From the NCBI GenBank assembly GCA_029260935.1, contig JAJDCJ010000005.1:16073-80072 (forward strand): a stretch of DNA of 64,000 nt, read 5' to 3'. Numbering within the stretch: position 1 is the first letter of the stretch; every line of letters begins with the position of its first letter. Positions 1 through 9,908 of this stretch are shown piece by piece. Source of the DNA: Patescibacteria group bacterium (GTDB taxonomy: Bacteria; Patescibacteriota; Minisyncoccia; Phycocordibacterales; Phycocordibacteraceae). A program made the position numbers and the translations under genes. Under the pieces are notes generated by a model. It was given only the letters and a program-made list of their open reading frames with translations, was not told where the DNA came from and ran no database searches.

Positions 1-256
1 GCTTTCGGGGAGTAGTGGTGGTCACTTTCGTACATACACCACGCTTAAACGGAGAAGAGTAGAATGTTGGCTTGTTTTTAATAGTATTAAAACCACGTTG
101 AAGAGCAACGGTTTTTGATTTCCGTGCAGTCCTCTTGCGAGGTTTTCTTCTCAGTTGATTGATAGTAGACATTGTTACAAAAAAGCGCTCCACAGAGCTC
201 CATTACTTTACTACTGTACGGGGGAAAATGCAACCTCCTGAAGGACATTTCTATGG

Positions 257-934
257 CTATAGCCCGGTTAAGAGACTGAAAAGAGAGAGCACTAAAAAGA
301 AAATAAAGTCGTTGAAAACGTAAATAAGGAGGAGGAGTGCGCCGATCAAACCAATGGGGCCGAGAGAATACGTGAAGCTTTCTAGCCGTGCATAGGAAAT
401 AGCGGCCGAGTGCGGAAGGAGTGCCCGTAGAATTTTAGAGCCGTCAAGCGGAGGAATGGGAATAAGGTTAATAATTGCAAGTACTAAATTTGCAAAGACC
501 ACCAAAAGAGCAATTTGAATGACTAGTTCATTGGTAACACCTGAAAAACGTAGAGCAAGCGCTACAATAATGGCAATAATGATATTTGTGGCAGGGCCGG
601 CAATAGCAACAAGAGCCTCTCCCCATTTTCCATACCGAAGATTATAGGGATTATAGGGAACTGGTTTTGCCCACCCCACTAAAAAAGGAGTGCCTGATAA
701 GGCGAGTATGCCTGGAATAAGCACTGACCCTACCGGGTCAATATGCGGTAATGGGTTGAGGGTCAGACGTCCCTGCAGGCGCGCCGTTGGGTCGCCGAGC
801 CAGTTTGCAATATAGCCGTGCGCCACTTCGTGAAAAATAATTGACAGTATGACAAGCGCGATACCAATAATAAAAACATCTGGTCCCATATGGTAGTAGT
901 ATACCTGATAGAATAAAACAAAAGATAGAAACAT
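257..934 (-). CDS. Site-2 protease family (M50) membrane metalloprotease; start taken at the Met of MFLSFVLFYQ (Met at 889 is the alternative)
   Basis: HEVAHG (HExxH) motif inside a polytopic hydrophobic protein, with a downstream LDG motif. The long N-terminal extension in the ORF track is low-complexity and overlaps the divergent gene. Confidence 0.65.
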   Translation of the reverse strand: MFLSFVLFYQVYYYHMGPDVFIIGIALVILSIIFHEVAHGYIANWLGDPTARLQGRLTLNPLPHIDPVGSVLIPGILALSGTPFLVGWAKPVPYNPYNLRYGKWGEALVAIAGPATNIIIAIIVALALRFSGVTNELVIQIALLVVFANLVLAIINLIPIPPLDGSKILRALLPHSAAISYARLESFTYSLGPIGLIGALLLLIYVFNDFIFFLVLSLFSLLTGL

Positions 935-1628
935 GGCAAAAAAGAAGCACAATTTTTGGAACAGGGAATATGGCAATGCTACGCATTTGGCACTGTCTGC
1001 AACACATTCGGAAGATTTGGAAAAATTTACTCGTTTTCTTATAAGAAAAAGCGGAAAACAGTTTTTAAATGTCACCGCACGCTTGGTTGATATTGGCTGT
1101 GGTAATGGAAGGAACGCTATCTTTCTTTCAAAAACTTTTGGCATGCATGGCACCGGGTATGATTTCTCAGAGGTCGCAATAAAGGAAGCAGTGCATGCCT
1201 CGGGTGATCTTCCGCTCACTTTTGAGAAAAGACTGTTGAGCGACCCCATTCCGCTACCCAATGAGTCTGTGACGCTAGCACTTGATATGATGGCGTCGCA
1301 TGTGTTGAAAGAAAAAGAACGCGAAGCCCTGCGTAGTGAAATACTGCGCGTCCTCAAACCTGGGGGATGGTTATTTTTTAAGACATTCCTCAGAGACGGC
1401 GACCGTCACGCCGAGCGATTACTGGAAGAAAACCCGGGACCCGAGGAGGGAATGTATTTTCACCCTGAAATAAAAATACCAGAGTATGTATGGTGGGAAC
1501 AGGATATATACTCATTTTTTGAGCCGTATTTTACGGTCCATAAGTTAGAGCGTTCTCATAAGCACATAAACAAAAGAGGGCAGGCATGGAAGCGTCGCAC
1601 TGCAAGTGTGTATTTAGAAAAGAGATAA
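933..1628 (+). CDS. Class I SAM-dependent methyltransferase
   Basis: Motif I VDIGCGNGRN and a post-I acidic residue pattern; size of about 230 aa. Confidence 0.65.
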   Translation: MAKKKHNFWNREYGNATHLALSATHSEDLEKFTRFLIRKSGKQFLNVTARLVDIGCGNGRNAIFLSKTFGMHGTGYDFSEVAIKEAVHASGDLPLTFEKRLLSDPIPLPNESVTLALDMMASHVLKEKEREALRSEILRVLKPGGWLFFKTFLRDGDRHAERLLEENPGPEEGMYFHPEIKIPEYVWWEQDIYSFFEPYFTVHKLERSHKHINKRGQAWKRRTASVYLEKR

Positions 1629-1705
1629 TTTGAAAAAACGAGCGACACTATAAGAAGGTGTAGTGTCTTCACATTTTAGAGACGTCGTGGTACAGTGCCA
1701 TCCAT

Positions 1706-1951
1706 ATGAGTAAGCAATGTGCAGTAACTGGAAAAACATCCCTCGTCGGCGGACGGTATTCTAACCGAACCCGTGCAACCCAGTACAACCCGGGCACTAA
1801 AGTGCGTCGCAAGGCAAACCTTCAGAAAAGAGCTATTTTTATTCCTGAGCTCAATAAAACTATCTCACTCACCCTTTCGGCACGCGCTATCAAAACGATT
1901 GCAAAGCGGGGAGCGTATCAAACACTAAAAAAAGTAGGGCTCATAAAATAA
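1706..1951 (+). CDS. rpmB: 50S ribosomal protein L28
   Basis: An 81-aa basic protein that starts MSKQCAVTGK..GGRYSN and resembles L28 (MSRVCQVTGK...) throughout. Confidence 0.75.
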   Translation: MSKQCAVTGKTSLVGGRYSNRTRATQYNPGTKVRRKANLQKRAIFIPELNKTISLTLSARAIKTIAKRGAYQTLKKVGLIK

Positions 1952-2132
1952 ATGAGTGAGAGTATAAAAAACCAGACACACTCAAATGAGGATGTCTGTA
2001 AAGCACAAGAAATACACTGCCCAAACCCTCACTGTAGGAAGTGTGTTAATCAGGTTTCAACGAGCTGTAGATTTTGCCATACTCAATTGACGCACATCAC
2101 GTCACCCAACCCCAGAAGGTAAAGAAATAATT

Positions 2133-2972
2133 TCAACGCTCCAACTGTCGGAGCGTTTTTCCGTTTGAGATAAAGGTGATGGTTCCGGAGTCTGCCGTAT
2201 TCAAAATGACTGCGCCGTGATTTTCTATTCTATTAAGCACTTCTTGATGTGGGTGACCGTAGCGGTTGTTTTCCCCCGATGAGATAACTACAAAACCCGG
2301 ATTGACTGCCTCTAGAAAAACTTCAGCACTTGAGGTCTTTGATCCATGGTGCCCCGCCTTTAGTACGTCACTCTCTAAACTACTATGATTAATCATAGTA
2401 GTAGTAAGATATTTTTCTATGGCCTGTGGCGAGTCGCCAGTTAAAAGAAATTCTGTTTCTCCATACACTACTCTGATAATTACTGAAGCAGTGTTTGACT
2501 CAATGTCCGAAACATCACGGTCAGGAAATAGCACGTCAGCATATGCACCGCCACCAAGCAGAAAACGCATACCTGAGCGCGCAACAATTTGTTGTGGTGA
2601 ACCCTCCTCAATAATATCTTCTAGACGATTAAAAGCTGGAGAGTCAGAACTGTTTCCTGAGTGAATAAAATATTCAACTGAATAGCGCTCAAGTACATAC
2701 ACCAAGCCACCGATGTGATCTTGGTCGGGATGCGTTGAAATGACTGCATCAAGCGAGCGGTCAAAAAAGGAGAGACGTCCACTCAAACGACGAAGTACGG
2801 CCCGCGTTGCACCACCATCCACTAACACCTGAATACCAGTCGGACCTTCAATTAAAATTGAGTCCCCTTGCCCAACATCCAAAAAAGACACCGTAAGGTT
2901 AGACGGCGTGGGGACGGTATATACAAACACAACGACCACCACCAATACCCCTAAGAAGATACACTGCTTCAT
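2133..2972 (-). CDS. ComEC C-terminal-type metallo-beta-lactamase-fold domain protein (standalone, with N-terminal TM anchor)
   Basis: HxHxDH-like motif (STHPDQDHIGG) and distal GHHGS and GHPH motifs typical of the ComEC MBL domain. A single N-terminal hydrophobic helix is present. Confidence 0.7.
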   Translation of the reverse strand: MKQCIFLGVLVVVVVFVYTVPTPSNLTVSFLDVGQGDSILIEGPTGIQVLVDGGATRAVLRRLSGRLSFFDRSLDAVISTHPDQDHIGGLVYVLERYSVEYFIHSGNSSDSPAFNRLEDIIEEGSPQQIVARSGMRFLLGGGAYADVLFPDRDVSDIESNTASVIIRVVYGETEFLLTGDSPQAIEKYLTTTMINHSSLESDVLKAGHHGSKTSSAEVFLEAVNPGFVVISSGENNRYGHPHQEVLNRIENHGAVILNTADSGTITFISNGKTLRQLER

Positions 2973-3042
2973 ACACTACATCATAGTGTGAAATTTTTAT
3001 TGAAAATACCTTACCTCTCACGTTACGCAAAACACAAACAGT

Positions 3043-3651
3043 GTGCAAGGTACCATGCTACACTCAAAATATATGTATACACCCCAATCATTTAAATTTA
3101 AAACACTGGACGGGATTTCAGAGAAACAACTTGACGTCCATATCAAGCTCTACGAAGGGTATGTGAAGCACGTGAATCGCCTCTTTGAGGTGCAAACTGA
3201 GTTGAAGAAAGACCCGGAAAAAAACGCGTATGCGCTTTCCGAAGTAACGCGTAGACTCGGCTTTGAGTGGAACGGTATGCGTATGCACGAACACTACTTT
3301 GAACAATGGGAAGGCGGACACATTCCTCTTTCAAAAGAACTTGAGGGCGCGCTTGCCGCACAGTGGGGTGGTGACATGACGCATATGGTCAATGAATTTA
3401 AAGCGGTCGCTCTGATGCGTGGCATCGGCTGGACACTACTTTCCCAGGATAATAAAACAAAACAGTTCATCATCCACTGGGTTTCCGACCACGAACTTGG
3501 ACAACTCAACGACACCACTACCCTCATTGCCCTTGATATGTGGGAGCATGCTTTCATGGTTGACTACGCACCTTCTGAAAAAAATAGCTATATAGAAGCG
3601 TGGTTTAAGAACCTGAACGGAGAAGTAATCTCTTCTCGTTTCCTCGGATAA
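3043..3651 (+). CDS. sodA: Fe/Mn superoxide dismutase
   Basis: DMWEHAF(M)VDY metal-ligand motif and N-terminal HH.KH.....N motifs; about 200 aa. Confidence 0.85.
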   Translation: MQGTMLHSKYMYTPQSFKFKTLDGISEKQLDVHIKLYEGYVKHVNRLFEVQTELKKDPEKNAYALSEVTRRLGFEWNGMRMHEHYFEQWEGGHIPLSKELEGALAAQWGGDMTHMVNEFKAVALMRGIGWTLLSQDNKTKQFIIHWVSDHELGQLNDTTTLIALDMWEHAFMVDYAPSEKNSYIEAWFKNLNGEVISSRFLG

Positions 3652-5125
3652 GAACATATCCAAGCGTTGCATAGGACAGAGCGACAACGACAAGTGCACC
3701 CCACATAAAAGATTGTGGAATAGTGAGGGAAGCAAACGGCAGACCTCCAAACCAGACTGAGACTTTGAGTATATAGATGAGCAGGGCTTCAGTAATAACC
3801 GTTACCGGAAAAGCAATGACGGGGCTTATAAACGAAAGCATACTCGCTATAAATCCAAACGCCATTGCCCATGGAACAGCACCAATAACTGCAACGTTTG
3901 CAATAGGAGAAACTATTGAGACACTTCCAATTGAAACAATCAAAAGCGGTAGCACTGAAGCTTGCGCCACTATGGTAGCACCGGCAATATCACGAATACC
4001 AAAAAACGTGGGAAGAAAAGTGAGTTTTTTTGCCACGGGGTCAGCGGCAAGGATAATGCCGGCCGTTGCCAGAAACGATAACTGAAATGACAGGTTGAAA
4101 AGTAGTATGTAAGGATTTATCAAAACCATAATGGCACCAGCCAGTAATAGCGCGCGAAGCGCGCTATGGGGTCTTTTCAAAACAGACGCCACAATAATCA
4201 GCGTCGCCATTATTGAAGCGCGCACTGTCGTTTCACTTGCCCCTGTCATAAGTGCAAAAGCAATAATGCCGATACCTGCCGTTGAAAAACTCATCACGCG
4301 TGGGAGGAAAAAACTAGTTGTTTTTAAAAAGGCGTGTGCAACCAAAGAAACGTTGTACCCGGACAACACGATCATATGCACAACACCCGCTTTTTGAAAC
4401 GACGTATACAGTTCTTCCCCTAACGATTGACGCTCACCGAGTAACAAACCAGAAAGGAGTGGTGCCTCCGGGTCAGGAAGTATGGTTTCAATACGCCTCA
4501 CCAAAGTGTTTTTTACTTTTTGCAAAAACGAAACTACAGGATTACCACCTGTATGTTTTTCAACTGAAACCTGTGCGAAGGAAACGGTGTGTGTAATATG
4601 TCGTGCATATAAATAACGCTCATAATCAAAGGTGCGCCCTGAGTCAGTTATAAAAGACTCTGGTTTTTTCAACACACCCCTGACACGCACATAATCTCCA
4701 TAAACAATTTCAGTAAATGGATTTGCGGAAACCAGAACCACACCATCTACTTCATTATCGTTTACTGAAGTAACCTTCATACGAAAACGAACGGAAGATT
4801 CCGTATACTCAGGCGACGCAATAACACTACCGAGCACTACACTTTGCCCCTGTTCAAACGCTCCAAGTTCATTTGTGAATGACACATCAAATATAAAAAC
4901 GCGCGCAGTACCTAAGAGAGACGAGAAAAAGAATACACTTAGAATAATATACAATGCCTTTCTGCTGTGTATCGTCAAAAAAGAAAGCGCGAGTGTAGCG
5001 AGCGCGAGTGTAATAAAAAAAAGCAGTGCTATAAATGCACTACTTACTGTTCCTACTAAAACACCGAATACTATACCGCTAACAACTAACGGCAACACGA
5101 GGTTACGCCGGGTTATCCATTGCAT
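3605..5125 (-). CDS. comEC: ComEC/Rec2 DNA internalisation channel (DUF4131 + competence domain), lacking the MBL domain
   Basis: Polytopic membrane protein with an N-terminal OB-like soluble insert and a C-terminal multi-TM competence domain. It sits beside the separate MBL-domain gene. Confidence 0.7.
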   Translation of the reverse strand: MQWITRRNLVLPLVVSGIVFGVLVGTVSSAFIALLFFITLALATLALSFLTIHSRKALYIILSVFFFSSLLGTARVFIFDVSFTNELGAFEQGQSVVLGSVIASPEYTESSVRFRMKVTSVNDNEVDGVVLVSANPFTEIVYGDYVRVRGVLKKPESFITDSGRTFDYERYLYARHITHTVSFAQVSVEKHTGGNPVVSFLQKVKNTLVRRIETILPDPEAPLLSGLLLGERQSLGEELYTSFQKAGVVHMIVLSGYNVSLVAHAFLKTTSFFLPRVMSFSTAGIGIIAFALMTGASETTVRASIMATLIIVASVLKRPHSALRALLLAGAIMVLINPYILLFNLSFQLSFLATAGIILAADPVAKKLTFLPTFFGIRDIAGATIVAQASVLPLLIVSIGSVSIVSPIANVAVIGAVPWAMAFGFIASMLSFISPVIAFPVTVITEALLIYILKVSVWFGGLPFASLTIPQSFMWGALVVVALSYATLGYVLIRGNEKRLLLRSGS

Positions 5126-5519
5126 GGTTGGCTAACTCATCAGCGCGCGCATTGAGTTCGCGCACAACATGTTTGAAAGAAACTAGAGAGAAGTTATCCG
5201 TAATAATTTTTGAAGCGCGCGCATACTGTTTTTTTAATTCAGGGTTTTTAACCTTATATTCCCCCTTCATTTGTTTTACGATAAGCTCCGAATCCATATA
5301 TACGTCAGCTGATAGCTTTTTGCCTTTATAAAAATCTGTGGCGGCCTTAAGTCCAAGAATAAGTGCCTCATATTCAGCCCAATTGTTTGTTTGTTTCCCT
5401 AAAAACTGTGACACTGTTGCTACTTCACTCGCCCCTTCGTAGACCACCGCACCGGCGCCAGCAGGCCCCGGATTTCCTCGCGCTCCACCGTCAGTGAAAA
5501 TAGTAACTATGTCTTTCAT
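5103..5519 (-). CDS. rnhA: Ribonuclease HI
   Basis: Starts TDGGARGNPGPAG and carries the downstream WAEYEAL and ELNARADELA acidic-residue motifs of RNase H. Confidence 0.8.
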   Translation of the reverse strand: MKDIVTIFTDGGARGNPGPAGAGAVVYEGASEVATVSQFLGKQTNNWAEYEALILGLKAATDFYKGKKLSADVYMDSELIVKQMKGEYKVKNPELKKQYARASKIITDNFSLVSFKHVVRELNARADELANHAMDNPA

Positions 5520-5533
5520 GTGGGCATTGTACC

Positions 5534-7246
5534 TTATTGGTTAACGGTCATTGTAGGATCTTCTTTTAATTCTAACGCTTCCAAACGAAGACGACGTTCT
5601 TTTTTATGACCAAAAGAAGACTCTTCAAAAGAACCAGTAACTGAGACACAGTCGCCTAGAGATAGTAGCGCAATAGTGTCTCTGAAAGTATTTCTCTGTA
5701 GGAAAAAACTGATCGCATCAATAGTGTGCCCGTGGTCATCCGAAAGTGTGAGGCGTACGTGTTCTTTATGTGCACCAAAATAAATAATCTTTTCTATACG
5801 CACGTTTTGTAAATGCATAAGCGGCTTTGGGTTTGAAACACCATAGGGTGCCAGAGAACGTAGCGAAGTATAAAAAGAACTGTTCAACTCAGAAATAATG
5901 ATTGAAATATCTGCACCAAGCTTCGTTGTTTCATTTTTTGTATTTTCCTGTGCAACGCGCGCATAGACACCTGAAAGTGTCTCCTGTAAGGTATGCACCG
6001 CTTCAGTTTTTGCAGAAAAGCCACCGGCTTTTTCATGTCCTCCGTATTCTTCAAATGAATCGGAGGCGCCTTTCATTAAGGAAACAACATTTACACTTCC
6101 ATCTGAACGACATGAACCTTTAATAAGGTCACCGTCTTTCCCCCACAAACACACGGTACGCTTATACGTCTCAACAACACTGGAGGCGGCGATACCTAAC
6201 AGTGCCGGGTTCCAGTCCGGGTTTCCAAGCACCACTACACTGTCAAGCGAAACACCTTCAAGTCGTCTTTTTACTTCTTTTGCAACACGGGCGCCGTCTA
6301 GTTTTCGTGCATTATTTAACTTTATTAATTCTTTCGCTAATTCATCAGCGCGAAATCTGTCTTTTGTGGTGAGAAGTTCAAATGCAAGCATTGGACTTTT
6401 CATACGGCTGGAGGCATTCACCTTGGGGGCAATTGAAAAACTAATATCATCTTCAATAACTGATGAAAGTGGCACTCGCATTTTCTCAAGCAAGGTACGA
6501 AGACCTATGCGTCTGCCACGATGCAATACCATAAGTCCGTAATGAACTAATGTCCTATTTTCACCAATTAACGGAACAACATCAGCAACTGTTGCAACGG
6601 CAACTAAATCAAGCAACCACTTCTCAGTCCCTGTAGGTACCGTGACGCCACCTTTTTGTAAAAATGCCTCAACTAATTTGAATGCGACACCCGTTCCACA
6701 CAGCTCGGAAAATGGATATGCACAGTGTTCTTGATGCGGATTTAATATAGAAACTGCATCAGGTAATTCCTCAACCTCCTCACCTCCTTCATCTGAAACG
6801 CGCCTTGGTAAGTGATGATCAGTGATGATGGTGTCAATACCTAACTTCTTTGCGTAGGTCACTTCATCAAAAGCAACAATACCATTATCAACGGTGATAA
6901 TGAGTGCAACATGTTGTTCTTTGAGCGAGTCTATTCCTTTTTTATTAAGCCCATACCCCTCACTTCTCTCAGGAATATAAAACACTGCCGGATACTTAAT
7001 GAGCGTGAAAAAATCTGACATGAGCGCCGCTCCAGGAACACCGTCACAGTCATAGTCGCCCCACACCGCAATCACTTCGTTACTTTCAATCGCTTTTTTT
7101 ATACGTGCAACCGCACTGTCCATACCTCGCATAAGGAATGGGTCTGGTCTCTCTTCATACTGAGGGTTAAGGAATGTCGCCTGTTCACTACCTACAATAC
7201 CCCTCTCTTCAAGAAGGCGGGCAAGTTGTGGGGGAAGAGCTGACAT
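5534..7246 (-). CDS. recJ: Single-stranded-DNA-specific exonuclease RecJ
   Basis: DHH family motifs (DYDCDGV, ITDHH, NGIVAFD...) and a DHHA1 C-terminal region. The start is taken at MSALPPQLARLLEERG. Confidence 0.85.
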   Translation of the reverse strand: MSALPPQLARLLEERGIVGSEQATFLNPQYEERPDPFLMRGMDSAVARIKKAIESNEVIAVWGDYDCDGVPGAALMSDFFTLIKYPAVFYIPERSEGYGLNKKGIDSLKEQHVALIITVDNGIVAFDEVTYAKKLGIDTIITDHHLPRRVSDEGGEEVEELPDAVSILNPHQEHCAYPFSELCGTGVAFKLVEAFLQKGGVTVPTGTEKWLLDLVAVATVADVVPLIGENRTLVHYGLMVLHRGRRIGLRTLLEKMRVPLSSVIEDDISFSIAPKVNASSRMKSPMLAFELLTTKDRFRADELAKELIKLNNARKLDGARVAKEVKRRLEGVSLDSVVVLGNPDWNPALLGIAASSVVETYKRTVCLWGKDGDLIKGSCRSDGSVNVVSLMKGASDSFEEYGGHEKAGGFSAKTEAVHTLQETLSGVYARVAQENTKNETTKLGADISIIISELNSSFYTSLRSLAPYGVSNPKPLMHLQNVRIEKIIYFGAHKEHVRLTLSDDHGHTIDAISFFLQRNTFRDTIALLSLGDCVSVTGSFEESSFGHKKERRLRLEALELKEDPTMTVNQ

Positions 7247-7272
7247 ACCAAGTATGCTAGCATACTTGGTAT

Positions 7273-7680
7273 ATGGATAATTGTATTTTTTGTAAGATTG
7301 TCTCACATGAAATCCCAAGCTGTCGTGTCTTTGAGGATGATACCGTGATTGTGTTTCTGGACATTCATCCTGTTAACCCAGGGCACGTGCTTGTTATTCC
7401 TAAAAAACACTCTGAGAGTTTTTACGAGCTTGATAAAGAAACCTATATACACGCTATGGAAATTGCTCACACAATGGCGAACGCCATTATGAAAATAGTG
7501 AAGCCGGTGCGCGTCGGTTTGGTTATTGATGGATGGGAAATCTCCCACACTCATATTCATGTTATTCCTACTAATAACATAGGTGACATTACCTCCTTGA
7601 AAAAAATTAAAGGAGAGCTTGGCGCGCCAACGGCAGAAGAGCTCGCAGAAATGGCAGAGAACATCAAGAGCTTTCTTTAA
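7273..7680 (+). CDS. HIT family hydrolase
   Basis: CIFC zinc motif at the N-terminus and the histidine triad HTHIHVIP. Confidence 0.8.
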   Translation: MDNCIFCKIVSHEIPSCRVFEDDTVIVFLDIHPVNPGHVLVIPKKHSESFYELDKETYIHAMEIAHTMANAIMKIVKPVRVGLVIDGWEISHTHIHVIPTNNIGDITSLKKIKGELGAPTAEELAEMAENIKSFL

Positions 7681-8797
7681 GCGCCTCAATGCCCGGTAAT
7701 GTTCCATCTGCAATAAACTGAAGCATCGCACCGCCTGCAGTTGAAACATGAGTGAAGTGAGTGCGGATCTGTAAATTTTCAATAGCAGCAATGGTGTCAC
7801 CGCCACCAATCACTGAAGTTGCTTTTGCGGCGGCGACATACTTCGCCACTTCCTCGGTTCCTTCGGAAAATCCTTTTTCAAAATTACCTAACGGTCCGTT
7901 CCATAAAATAAAACGAGATTTTTCTATATGTGCCTTGAGTGCCTGTATTGTTTTAGGGCCCACATCAAGCACCATGTCGCGAGGCTCAATTTCATCAACC
8001 TCGCGAACAACTTTCCCTTCAGGGGAATCAATGACAACATCGCTCGGCAGAAGTAGTTTACTATTGATTAAAAATTCTTTTGCATTGGTATTGAAAGACA
8101 CAAGTGAACGGCCCACTTCATGCCCTTGAGCTGCAAAAAAATCATTCGCAAGAGCCCCGCCTATAAACACCTGGTCATATCTATCAAGAAGTGTCTGAAT
8201 AAGTGGCTCCTTTGTGAGGAACTTAGCGCCACCAATAATAGCAAAAGAGGGGCTGGGCGGATGCTGTGCCGGCGCAATACCCTCCATCTCTTGAATAAAG
8301 TGAGGGCCTGCAAAATGTTTAAGAAATGTTGGCACACCAATAATTGACGCGTGGCTTCTGTGTGAGTCAGCAAATGCATCGTTAATATAAACATCTCCAA
8401 AAGATGACAGTTTCTGTGCAAAAGAGTAGTCGTTGTTGGTTTCTCCTGGTTCTCTTCGCGTATTTTCAAGCAGAAGCACCTCGCCGTTTTTTAAATTAGC
8501 GACTTTCGTTTGGGCATCCTTCCCTATTACGTCGCTGGCAAAAAGAACAGACGGCCCTATTTCTTTTTTTAAAATTTCCCAAACTGGTAACAGCGAATCT
8601 GTGGCTTTCCGTCCGATGTGTCCACACACCACCGTTTTTGCACCACCGTGCGCGAGTTTTCTTATGGTTTTTATTGATTCATAGATTCTATAGGTGTTGG
8701 TAACAACGCCACGTTCAATAGGAGCATTGAGGGCTGAGCGCATCAAAACACGCACCCCTGTGAAGTCTTGAGAAAAATCAAATGCAACTACTTTCAT
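7664..8797 (-). CDS. pgk: Phosphoglycerate kinase
   Basis: Full-length similarity to Pgk, including the LLLENTRR motif and a GGGD-type hinge. Confidence 0.9.
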   Translation of the reverse strand: MKVVAFDFSQDFTGVRVLMRSALNAPIERGVVTNTYRIYESIKTIRKLAHGGAKTVVCGHIGRKATDSLLPVWEILKKEIGPSVLFASDVIGKDAQTKVANLKNGEVLLLENTRREPGETNNDYSFAQKLSSFGDVYINDAFADSHRSHASIIGVPTFLKHFAGPHFIQEMEGIAPAQHPPSPSFAIIGGAKFLTKEPLIQTLLDRYDQVFIGGALANDFFAAQGHEVGRSLVSFNTNAKEFLINSKLLLPSDVVIDSPEGKVVREVDEIEPRDMVLDVGPKTIQALKAHIEKSRFILWNGPLGNFEKGFSEGTEEVAKYVAAAKATSVIGGGDTIAAIENLQIRTHFTHVSTAGGAMLQFIADGTLPGIEALKESS

Positions 8798-8811
8798 GAC
8801 TTATTTTATAT

Positions 8812-9567
8812 TTACTTAGTAGCCCACTGAGAAACAATAGAAGTAAATGAGTCGGCATGAATACTGGCACGTCCCAATAAAAAACCTCCTGTTTCTCCGT
8901 TTTGAATAATCTCAAGCGCTGATTCTTCGTTTACCGCACCACCGTATAAAATGCGAACCTTGAGTGCGTCTTCTCTTTTAAATTTCTGCGCGAGTGTTTT
9001 GCGAATAAAAATCATCGTGTGCCGTATCGTGCGCCCAGTTGGTGGAAGTGGTGCTCCAATTGCCCACACTGGCTCGTAGGCAAGAATAACTTTCTTAAGC
9101 GATAAGACATCAACAAGCGCGAGCGATTCTAAAATAGAGCGCGCTAAGTCTTCTAAGTATTCTCCGTTTTTGTCACGCGATGATTCGCCAAACGCAACAA
9201 CAGGAGTAAGTTTAGCATCGAGCGCAGCGCCAACTTTTTTCGCGACCGTCTCATCTGTCTCCCCTTGTGCACGTTTCTCTGCATGTCCTATCAAGGCATA
9301 CCGAGCTCCAACGTCTTTTGCAAGCAGAGCTGGAGTTTCCCCCGTATGGGCACCGCTTTCAAAGAAAATGTCCTGCGCCCCAAAAGAAATTCTTTTTCCC
9401 GAATAGTTACGTGCAAGTGGATGCAAAAGAAGCGAGGGCGGGAAAAGTACTACGTCCGCTTTTAACTGACGGGGCAGCCCCTTTTCAATATCCTTAAACA
9501 ACTTCTTCGCTTCTTTTGTAGAGGTAACGTACGACTTCCAGTTACCTGCAATCATTGGTTTTGCCAT
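8812..9567 (-). CDS. tpiA: Triosephosphate isomerase
   Basis: AGNWK N-terminal motif, IGHAEKR and AYEPVWAIG motifs. The start is taken at MAKPMIAGNWK. Confidence 0.85.
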   Translation of the reverse strand: MAKPMIAGNWKSYVTSTKEAKKLFKDIEKGLPRQLKADVVLFPPSLLLHPLARNYSGKRISFGAQDIFFESGAHTGETPALLAKDVGARYALIGHAEKRAQGETDETVAKKVGAALDAKLTPVVAFGESSRDKNGEYLEDLARSILESLALVDVLSLKKVILAYEPVWAIGAPLPPTGRTIRHTMIFIRKTLAQKFKREDALKVRILYGGAVNEESALEIIQNGETGGFLLGRASIHADSFTSIVSQWATK

Positions 9568-9742
9568 ATAAATAAAAGGTTCTGGGTCAGAGGTGTTAGC
9601 TTTTAGCTTTGTAAAACAACCACGACCCGAATACCTACATCCTACCAAACAAAAACTCACATCCGTATTTCAACCCAAGCGAAGGAAAATGGCGAATTGA
9701 AGCACGGTCGCAGAACACAAAGCTCCCCCAGCTCTAGCGGAG

Positions 9743-9897
9743 GGCAATGGTAGTTTCGGAAACTCGCGCAGGAGGACAGGCAGGGTTCACGGCATAGTGG
9801 TTTTTTGTACAGCAGTGCAATGCCGTGACTGACCGACGAGCGGTAGTGCTGGTGCCTCGCTGGGACGCCACGTATGGTTCCGAAACTACCATTGCCC
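9743..9897. repeat. 155-bp element bounded by 20-bp perfect inverted repeats with a nested 9-bp inverted repeat; candidate structured ncRNA or MITE-like element
   Basis: Arm gggcaatggtagtttcggaa (9743-9762) pairs with the reverse complement of 9878-9897. Inner arms are tcacggcat (9787-9795) and atgccgtga (9820-9828). Confidence 0.4.
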
Positions 9898-9908
9898 AAA
9901 GCGCCTCT

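Noticed and set aside
738-1007. Track ORFs lying antisense inside well-supported genes, not called as CDS: 738..1007, 2419..2664, 3118..3557, 3777..4596, 5902..6123, 7303..7809, 7761..8684, 9170..9497, 10198..10879, 12056..12952
   Set aside because: They overlap strongly supported genes on the opposite strand. Their products are low-complexity or Ser/Arg/Pro-rich, typical of antisense frames, and they have no motifs or independent signals.
9743-9897. Reading the 20-bp inverted repeat as a rho-independent terminator for the pilus operon
   Set aside because: The loop is 115 nt and there is no U-tract. It is not a canonical terminator geometry.
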